From: a virus
Lineage: Duplodnaviria; Caudoviricetes
Strand: one strand, 5' to 3'
IMG/VR virus record: IMGVR_UViG_3300017766_004685
Coordinates: 1 to 26,180 of that record
Length of the DNA: 26,180 bases
Under the pieces are notes generated by a model. That model was given only the letters and a program-made list of their open reading frames with translations. It was not told where the DNA came from and did not search any database. Numbering within the stretch: the first letter of the stretch is position 1; every line of letters begins with the position of its first letter. Positions 1 through 5,663 of this stretch are shown piece after piece. The translations under genes were made by a program, and so were the position numbers.

Positions 1-233
1 GCCTGCATGATCTTCTGCAGGTAGAAGATCACGATGAGCAGCCTGGCGGATGGCTCGGTGCCGAGCCAGGGTGCTCGAATGCTGTCAACCGACAACTGCA
101 GGCACCGGATGATCAGCTGGTCCGGTTCGGATGCTGGTTCCGGCACTTTCAGTTTCCTGTCCGTCAGGTGGTCGATCATGAGGCTCTTGGCCAGCATGAT
201 GACCCCGCGGATTTCCTCGGGGATGCTGAACAT
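1..233 (-). CDS. Hypothetical protein, 3' end beyond the window (MFSIPEEIRGVIMLAKSLMIDHL...LLIVIFYLQKIMQA)
   Basis: Translated by hand. ATG at 233-231 lies 6 nt after the stop of the 240..590 gene, and the frame stays open to base 1 with GC3-rich codons. Confidence 0.75.
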   Translation of the reverse strand, partial: MFSIPEEIRGVIMLAKSLMIDHLTDRKLKVPEPASEPDQLIIRCLQLSVDSIRAPWLGTEPSARLLIVIFYLQKIMQ

Positions 234-239
234 GACATG

Positions 240-590
240 TCATCTCCTGGACACGATGCCGCTCACCGTGTCGATCGTGATCTTGCGGTCCTGCTCCAGG
301 TAGCGGAGCTGCTGTCCGGCAGACTGGCCGGATCGGCCCGAAGCCTTGCGGTACCCCTTGATGAGGTCCTTCTTGGCCATCTTGCCGCCCTGGGCGTGGG
401 CGACGAAGTACTGCCAGACGGTCAACTGGGGGTTGCGCTTGGTCGGCTCCGTGCGAAGGGCAGGAGGCATGGCCACGGCAGCCATGCTGTTCTTGGGTGC
501 GTCGATCAGCTGACGCAGTTCCTCCTGCAGCTCACGCTCCAGGGCCTCGATTGCGACGATCTTCCTGACGATTTTCTCGTAACGGCTCAT
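240..590 (-). CDS. Hypothetical protein, N-terminal coiled coil and possible C-terminal winged-helix DNA-binding domain
   Basis: 116-aa ORF with SD AGAGGAG just upstream. IEALERELQEELRQL is coiled-coil-like; the basic helix-helix-wing pattern at the C-terminus is an inference. Confidence 0.7.
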   Translation of the reverse strand: MSRYEKIVRKIVAIEALERELQEELRQLIDAPKNSMAAVAMPPALRTEPTKRNPQLTVWQYFVAHAQGGKMAKKDLIKGYRKASGRSGQSAGQQLRYLEQDRKITIDTVSGIVSRR

Positions 591-715
591 GCCATTACTC
601 CTCTAGGCGCCGGCTGTGCGTCTGCAGCCAGTCAGTTGAAAGCAATACCTTGCTTTTTACACCTGCTCTAATACGATTTTTAGTGCAGGTTGCAATGGTA
701 TTTGACGCCATATGT

Positions 716-743
716 ATTTTAACCATTAAAGATTTGTATTTTA
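716..743 (-). promoter_or_regulatory. Putative phage promoter TAAAATA-N15-TAAAAT
   Basis: Copy of the repeated bipartite motif in an AT-rich intergenic gap upstream of the 240..590 gene. Confidence 0.55.
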
Positions 744-790
744 GCTGTGCAAATCCTTGAGTTTTTGGCTCTCAAGCACCTGCAGCGAAG

Positions 791-988
791 CTATTTTGGG
801 ATCTGGTAGTCGTACCAGTAGGGGTCGTCCCCATTGAAGGGATCCTGCGGGATCTCCTCTGGCTTGCGATCCTGGGGAACTGCCTTAGGGGGCCGTTCCA
901 CTGTCAGCGGTGCAAGCCAGTAGACCTTTCTTTGAAGGTCGTACCGTATGACCCCTCTGGCGGGAGGTCGGTCTTTGTCCGCGCTCAT
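791..988 (-). CDS. Small hypothetical protein (65 aa)
   Basis: AAAGGGA lies upstream of the ATG and codon usage matches neighbouring genes. It overlaps the sigma factor tail by 104 nt. Confidence 0.55.
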   Translation of the reverse strand: MSADKDRPPARGVIRYDLQRKVYWLAPLTVERPPKAVPQDRKPEEIPQDPFNGDDPYWYDYQIPK

Positions 989-1481
989 GTTGCAGCAGTC
1001 CCTTTATGTGTTGTTTTAACTGAGTGATTGCAGTCGACACGTTGCTCTCGGCGACACCCCAGCGCCTGCTCAGCTGCTTCTGCGGCATATCGTGCACAAA
1101 GAGCGCCTCGACAAGCTCGCGTTCCCTTGGGAACAGGTGCAGGCTTGCGAGGAGTTCTTTGAAATCACGTGCAGAGAGATCGGCCTTTGCCTCCTGCTGC
1201 TCCAGCTGCGAGCAGTTGGTAAGCAGGAACTTTATGCCTGTCTTCCTGCGAAAGCCCGTCTTGTTGCGCATCAGCTCTATGCCAAGCCAGTGGGCCTTTT
1301 TGCGCCAGTACTGCACCGGGATACGGCGAGTCCAGCAGTGGACCACGACTTCCTGGGTCCACTCGTCGAGCTCGCTATCGTTCGAACTGTACTTGACCAG
1401 GATCCTTCTTATTGCCCGTTGCTCCTTGCGGATCCGTTCCTGGTCTACGGGCAAGCCTTCCACTTTATCAGCGTCCTGCAT
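885..1481 (-). CDS. Sigma-70 family RNA polymerase sigma factor (regions 2 and 4, ECF-sized)
   Basis: Region-2-like DEWTQEVVVHCW. Region-4 HTH LFPRERELVEALFVHDMPQKQLSRRWGVAESNVSTAITQLKQHIK. Confidence 0.8.
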   Translation of the reverse strand: MQDADKVEGLPVDQERIRKEQRAIRRILVKYSSNDSELDEWTQEVVVHCWTRRIPVQYWRKKAHWLGIELMRNKTGFRRKTGIKFLLTNCSQLEQQEAKADLSARDFKELLASLHLFPRERELVEALFVHDMPQKQLSRRWGVAESNVSTAITQLKQHIKGLLQHERGQRPTSRQRGHTVRPSKKGLLACTADSGTAP

Positions 1482-1651
1482 AGTATGTATACGGCCCCTA
1501 GGGCGGAGCCGCAGATGATCACGTACTTCTTGATCTCGGGATCGTCCTTTGACCCCTCGATGATGCCAAGTGCTACCGGCGCAATGGCAATCCAGAATTC
1601 GGTTGTCTTGGTGCCAGGCTTCAGTCCCGCAGGTTTATCGTTGTCTTCCAT
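1445..1651 (-). CDS. Small two-TM membrane protein (KPGxKTTEFW type), possibly holin-like
   Basis: Start re-set to ATG 1651 (SD AGGAG). KPGTKTTEFW is followed by two hydrophobic segments. The holin role is inference. Confidence 0.65.
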   Translation of the reverse strand: MEDNDKPAGLKPGTKTTEFWIAIAPVALGIIEGSKDDPEIKKYVIICGSALGAVYILCRTLIKWKACP

Positions 1652-1917
1652 GATTCGTCTCCTATTCCGGAGATGAACCATTCTCGGACATCGACCGGAG
1701 TATCCGGCATTATAGCCTGAATGCAGCCGTCGACGTGGAGAAAGCCGCACCAGTCCTTGAGCGGCACCTTCAGGGTGACCTGCTTCCTGGAGAAGACGTC
1801 CTCACCCTCCACCTCCACCTTGTCGTCCTCGCAGAGCCTCGCCCTCGCCACCTGGTGCGGGAACTTGACTGGAGTCCACTGATCCTTCACCAGTCCGCTG
1901 ATGCTTTCCTTGTCCAT
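1621..1917 (-). CDS. Hypothetical phage protein (98 aa)
   Basis: Start re-set to ATG 1917 (SD GAGGTG). The C-terminal IQAIMPDTPVDVREWFISGIGDESW resembles a recurrent phage motif, IQxxxPxLxxxxREFxISG..W. Confidence 0.75.
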   Translation of the reverse strand: MDKESISGLVKDQWTPVKFPHQVARARLCEDDKVEVEGEDVFSRKQVTLKVPLKDWCGFLHVDGCIQAIMPDTPVDVREWFISGIGDESWKTTINLRD

Positions 1918-2071
1918 GTCCACCTCATATTTAAAGAAAATGCGCACAGGTATTCCCACGTACAGGCACACCTCATCTGGGAATGGGATGAGATGTGCGG
2001 AATGATTGTTATTGCTCTCTAAATTCCCAGGTGCGAAAAGGCTCCGCACCGGGAACATGAGAGAAGATGAG

Positions 2072-2324
2072 CTAGAGTTCAGTCATGAACTTGTGCCCGG
2101 TCCATACGCAGGCCGGAATCACAAGTACGGACCACAGCCCCATGGCGGAGACTGCGGTCCAGACGCCGTACATCAGCAGCCCTGCGGCGCCGATGATAAG
2201 GACGCCTATCGCGGCGCATACCAACCCGTAAAGGGTCCACACCGCCAGCCTGCCGATGGGGCCGTCTCCAAGGTCCTCGGGCTCTTCGCCGAGGACCCTT
2301 CCCACTAGATGTGTTTTTTTTCAT
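2072..2324 (-). CDS. Membrane protein; the SD-supported ATG (2324) is out of frame by one base in an A8 run, and an in-frame GTG lies at 2305
   Basis: Hydrophobic body LAVWTLYGLVCAAIGVLIIGAAGLLMYGVW... GAGGAG precedes ATG 2324, and removing one A gives MKKTHLVGRVLG... Confidence 0.65.
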
Positions 2325-2336
2325 TTGGCTCCTCTG

Positions 2337-2373
2337 AAAAAAAGAGGGCCTTCGGTTTTACCCGAAGACCCCC
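2337..2373 (-). terminator. Intrinsic terminator
   Basis: GGGGGTCTTCGG-GTAAAA-CCGAAGGCCCTC (12 bp including G-U pairs) followed by T7. Confidence 0.75.
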
Positions 2374-2491
2374 CATGGGGGAAAAGATTCCGTGTATAAC
2401 CGCCTCCGCCCGCACATGGGTTTTACTGTGCGGGCGGAAGGCGGGTGGTGGAAAGGCCCACAACCCCACCTAGGATTGCAGGCCGAAGATG

Positions 2492-2881
2492 TCATTTTCT
2501 GCGTGGCCGGAGATTCTGCTGAACCTTCGACGGACCAAGCGTAACCTGTCGGTTGCAGATGAATCCGTGGGAGTAGACAGGTATCCCGCGTTCATCCTTC
2601 ACGACCGGCATTGGGCTGATCAGGTCAGGCCTGTCAAGGCACTCGCGCCGCACCTCGTCCTCGACGATCAGCAGCGTGTCCTTTGTCATTGGCATCAGGT
2701 GCTCGATGTAGACGCTTGAGAGCGCATCGATCACGAACGAGATGCCGTCCACCACCTCGCCGCCCAGGTACCTGGGCACGGCCTTGGCAGTGGGTACCTT
2801 TGGATTCGGAGTCCAGACGATGATCCGTCCGTCTGTGTTCCGAATGCGTATTAGACGCCCCGTCTGATTCACTATCTGCAT
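2492..2881 (-). CDS. Hypothetical protein resembling the small NLTPH-motif phage family (possibly Crn4-like); the motif here is NQTGR
   Basis: Start re-set to ATG 2881 (SD AAGGAGGT). Pattern MQIVNQT..I.I / LLIVEDEV / RPDLISP..VVKDERG.PVYSHGF. The family link is from memory. Confidence 0.55.
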   Translation of the reverse strand: MQIVNQTGRLIRIRNTDGRIIVWTPNPKVPTAKAVPRYLGGEVVDGISFVIDALSSVYIEHLMPMTKDTLLIVEDEVRRECLDRPDLISPMPVVKDERGIPVYSHGFICNRQVTLGPSKVQQNLRPRRK

Positions 2882-3005
2882 GCCACCTCCTTGCGGATAG
2901 CGGCGCTTCGACGACCTCCTGCAAGAGGTATCCGGTTCCCCTGCTGGCAATGGTTGCAGCCATTTCCAGCACAGGTACTATCCGGAGTTTATCCACTTCT
3001 TCGTT

Positions 3006-3083
3006 GTTACACGCCAGGAATCGAACCTGGAATCGAAGCGCAGCTATCCGTAAGGAGCTGCATGGCCTTTTAACGACGTGCCT
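3006..3083 (-). ncRNA. tRNA-like RNA with a non-canonical central arm
   Basis: Perfect T arm CCAGG-TTCGATT-CCTGG (3030-3014) and a 5-bp acceptor GCACG/CGTGT. The D arm is weak and the central arm GCAGCT-CCTTACGGAT-AGCTGC has no 7-nt anticodon loop. It lies about 10 nt downstream of a real tRNA. Confidence 0.6.
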
Positions 3084-3092
3084 AGGTCGCAA

Positions 3093-3166
3093 TGGGCCGG
3101 GTGGGATTCGAACCCACGTCGGATCGATTATGAGTCGATGGCTCTGGACCGCTGAGCTACCAGCCC
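3093..3166 (-). tRNA. tRNA with CAU anticodon, most likely tRNA-Ile2 (lysidine-modified); CCA not encoded
   Basis: Acceptor GGGCTGG/CCGGCCC+A, D arm GCTC..GAGC, anticodon arm ATCGA-CTCATAA-TCGAT, T arm GTGGG-TTCGAAT-CCCAC. CGACTCATAATCG is typical of Ile2; elongator Met is not excluded. Confidence 0.92.
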
Positions 3167-3271
3167 GTGGCATGGATTAATTAGGCTTGCTCCCCTGGAC
3201 TCGTCCATGCCGGCCGGCCAGGAATCACTGAACTCTCAATCCGATACGCCTTTTCTATACCGGACTGCAAA

Positions 3272-3712
3272 TCACTCTTCGAGGGCGCGCTGGACCTTGA
3301 CCCAGTAGTCCTGGGTCGAGTCCTTCTTGTGCCCCTTGGGCCCGCCATTGTGGATGCGGGCCAGATCCTCCATCGTCGCGTTCTTGGGCGCATAGCGCTT
3401 GAAGTACGCGATGACGATCTGCCGTGCATACGCCCTGTCCTTGACAGCAGCGTAGCCACGGCTCTTGAGGTGCGGGTTGCGCTCGACGGCGTCAACCCAG
3501 TAGGATCTCCAGACCTGAAAAGCCCCAAGGGCCTTTCCGCCGTCTCCAACGGCGTTGTCGGGGTCTGACTCGCCACCGGTCTCCACGGCGACGATAGCGT
3601 CGAGCAGCTTGTCGAGCTGTTCTTCGCTGACCTTTCCTATGCCCTGGCCGAACACCGCAGTGTTGAGGAACATGATGACGGCCAGAACGATAGCACCAAA
3701 CAGGGTTCGCAT
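3272..3712 (-). CDS. Destabilase / invertebrate-type lysozyme-like endolysin with N-terminal signal peptide
   Basis: VETGG..AVGDGGKALGAFQVWRSYWVDA and ARIHNGGPKG....TQDYWVKV motifs, hydrophobic N-terminus, SD AAGGAGG. Confidence 0.85.
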   Translation of the reverse strand: MRTLFGAIVLAVIMFLNTAVFGQGIGKVSEEQLDKLLDAIVAVETGGESDPDNAVGDGGKALGAFQVWRSYWVDAVERNPHLKSRGYAAVKDRAYARQIVIAYFKRYAPKNATMEDLARIHNGGPKGHKKDSTQDYWVKVQRALEE

Positions 3713-4172
3713 TGTAAGAACCCTCCTTTCGAAGGAGTGCCGGAAGGTTCCCCCTCCGGCACCCTCGCTGGTTGTTTCGTAGCCCGTGCAGCAGCCAGCA
3801 ACCGCACGGGCATCACTCGTCTCGCACCGAAGTGCTTACGTTCTTATCTTATCCGCAGCTGACGAGTTGCTGCGGATTGCGTGCGGGCTATTGAACCTGC
3901 TCCCGCCGATGCGGCGATTAGTATGCACTAACCGATCCGCATGAGACCAGCTGCACTCCAGCGGCAGGAACAAGCAACGGTCCGCTATTCGGACCTGCTC
4001 TCCCGGCGCCTGCCATGCGCTAGCCCTTGGCTTATTGGCTTGCCGTACCAGGTAAGCTGAAAATCCCTAGCATCGACTGGTTTTACGAAAGCGCGCCTTT
4101 CTACGCCTTCAACGGAGATCAGGCATGGGGTGCTTTGCCGACCTCACGATTGCCCTTGACTGCCTGCAGCCG
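3713..4172 (-). ncRNA. Candidate ~460-nt structured RNA (ncRNA or lysozyme 5' leader)
   Basis: No credible ORF. Many helices, a cUUCGg tetraloop and two potential pseudoknots (see findings). Confidence 0.6.
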
Positions 4173-4583
4173 TCAGACAGCTGCAGCGTCCTGCAGCCTC
4201 TGGGCGTAGGCCGTTGCCCTGTCGGGCAAGAGCAGGTTGACGACCTTCATCGTCATTTCTTTGTTTTCCGGGAGCTCGTAGAGCCTATCCGAAATCCACC
4301 GTGAAGTGCTCATGCGGGATCCGTACGAATCCACGGGGCACTGAGAGCCGATGAACTGCACGATGTCCTGGAACGAGTCGCGGCTGTCCCAGTCAGCCGC
4401 CCTCCATGCTGCCCACAGGTCACCCTGCAGCAGCGAGGATGTGAATCGCCCAGGCTGAATGCCATAGGCGAGCCAATTGCAGAGGGCGTTTGCGACGCCC
4501 TCCGGTACATTGCACGGCGATTTTGCTGTTTCCAATGGAGCTCCTTGATGGCGAGTGAAGGCCATCAGGTATCTTAACCCCAT
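4173..4583 (-). CDS. Hypothetical phage protein; true start probably TTG 4535 (SD AAGGAG) or ATG 4565
   Basis: YGIQPGRFTSSLLQGDLWAAWRAAD...P..SYGS resembles a recurrent phage motif, G..PG.FL.A.L.NDL..A..RAD. The ATG at 4583 falls inside a promoter motif. Confidence 0.75.
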   Translation of the reverse strand: MGLRYLMAFTRHQGAPLETAKSPCNVPEGVANALCNWLAYGIQPGRFTSSLLQGDLWAAWRAADWDSRDSFQDIVQFIGSQCPVDSYGSRMSTSRWISDRLYELPENKEMTMKVVNLLLPDRATAYAQRLQDAAAV

Positions 4584-4598
4584 ATACCCCTTATTTTA
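4571..4598 (-). promoter_or_regulatory. Putative phage promoter TAAAATA-N15-TAAGAT
   Basis: Same 22-nt offset between boxes as the other copies, with GGT before the second box. Confidence 0.55.
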
Positions 4599-4599
4599 G

Positions 4600-4803
4600 C
4601 TACTCGATTTCATCGTCTTCGAGCGCTTCGTCGTTGACCAGCAGCTCGAAATTCTGCGATTTCTTGCGGTTTTCAGACGGACGTCTGGCCGACAGGTTGG
4701 CGGAGTAGTCCTGCTGGGCCTTTGAGTACTGGGCAGGAGGCACATAGGTAGATGCGACTATGTTGACGTAGTTGGCTCCGAGGTCCTTGCGTTGCCTGCC
4801 CAT
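4600..4803 (-). CDS. Small hypothetical protein (67 aa), acidic C-terminus
   Basis: The ORF fills the gap between two promoter motifs and has GC3-rich codons. Confidence 0.7.
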   Translation of the reverse strand: MGRQRKDLGANYVNIVASTYVPPAQYSKAQQDYSANLSARRPSENRKKSQNFELLVNDEALEDDEIE

Positions 4804-4856
4804 GCTTTATCCAGTCCGAGCTAAGTGAAGTGCTCTGTATGAACGCTTTGTAAGTA

Positions 4857-4884
4857 ATGTTAACCTGCAATGCGGCGTATTTTA
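4857..4884 (-). promoter_or_regulatory. Putative phage promoter TAAAATA-N15-TAACAT
   Basis: Bipartite motif immediately after the metallophosphoesterase stop. Confidence 0.55.
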
Positions 4885-4890
4885 CCAGCA

Positions 4891-5547
4891 TCAAAGTGCC
4901 ATTGTCTCGACGATTGGATCACCGTCGATGACCACTCCGCACGCAACTATGGGCTTCTTGAGGTATGCGGCGCCGTACTGCATGCTCCAGTGGTTCCTGT
5001 CGATGCCGCATCCGACGTTCATGCCCCATATCTTCTGGGTGGGTCCTGCCTGGAACCAGATTCCGCAGGCCGAATGGTAGTGGCCCATGACGGTGTTCTG
5101 CATGCGCATCTTGGCTGCATTGAAGGCAGGGTGCTGGCCTCCCGCTCCTTCGCCATGGTAGTAGTACACTCCGTCCAGCTCCACGAACTCCCGCCAGTCC
5201 CAGTCCGTGTCGAACAGCTCGTTGAACCCCTTCAGGTAGATGGATGGAATGCCTGCCTTGGCGTTGAGCCTGCGCACCCTGGCGTCATGGTTGCCTACGC
5301 ATACCTGTGCGTCGGGAAACGCCGAGTACAGCGCATTGACCTGCTGCTTGGCCTGCTTGAACTCCTCAAGCGCACCGGGGTTGTCCGGATGCTTGTCGTG
5401 GAAGCTTATGCAGTGGTGGTCGATGACGTCCCCTATGTGCACCGTGTGCGTGGTGCGGTGCTTCTTCTGCATCTGCCGCAGGAAAGGCACGTACTTCTTG
5501 TGCATGGCTGGTGCGTGCGTGTCTCCGATGACGAGTACTCTGCTCAT
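4891..5547 (-). CDS. Calcineurin-like metallophosphoesterase
   Basis: All five motifs present: GDTH, GDVID, GNHD, HG, GHYH. Start re-set to ATG 5547 (SD AGGAG). Confidence 0.93.
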   Translation of the reverse strand: MSRVLVIGDTHAPAMHKKYVPFLRQMQKKHRTTHTVHIGDVIDHHCISFHDKHPDNPGALEEFKQAKQQVNALYSAFPDAQVCVGNHDARVRRLNAKAGIPSIYLKGFNELFDTDWDWREFVELDGVYYYHGEGAGGQHPAFNAAKMRMQNTVMGHYHSACGIWFQAGPTQKIWGMNVGCGIDRNHWSMQYGAAYLKKPIVACGVVIDGDPIVETMAL

Positions 5548-5580
5548 GTATGCTCCTGTGCAGGCGACATGCCCGGCAAC

Positions 5581-5609
5581 TCTATACGCCGGCGCATCGT
5601 GCAAGTCAA
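5581..5609 (-). promoter_or_regulatory. Putative host sigma-70-type promoter TTGACT-N17-TATAGA
   Basis: Matches the -35 and -10 consensus at 5/6 and 4/6 with a 17-nt spacer, directly after the 5616 terminator. Confidence 0.5.
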
Positions 5610-5615
5610 GGCCAA

Positions 5616-5658
5616 TAGCTAAAAAAAGCCCCTACGCTCATGGCGTATTGAAGGGGCT
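5616..5658 (-). terminator. Bulged-hairpin terminator repeat, copy 1
   Basis: AGCCCC-TTCAA-TACGC-CATGA-GCGTA-GGGGCT-TTTTTT-AGCTA, 5 nt after a TAG stop. Confidence 0.85.
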
Positions 5659-5663
5659 CCCGA

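Noticed and set aside
3044-3057. Ochre suppressor (UUA) or Val (UAC) anticodon in the tRNA-like element
   Set aside because: There is no 7-nt loop, the sequence is explained by complementarity to the downstream SD, and TAA is a frequent stop in this window.
3169-3224. HDV-like (theta) ribozyme, prompted by GGCCGGCATGG next to a tRNA
   Set aside because: Only 5 nt separate the putative P2 5' and P1 3' strands, leaving no room for P3/L3. Theta ribozymes also lie 3' of tRNAs, not 5'.
3713-4172. tmRNA, RNase P RNA, SRP RNA or a self-splicing intron
   Set aside because: Tandem pseudoknots recall tmRNA, but I found no tRNA-like ends or tag peptide ending in AA. No GAGGAAAGUCC, SRP helix-8 or group II domain V signature was seen.
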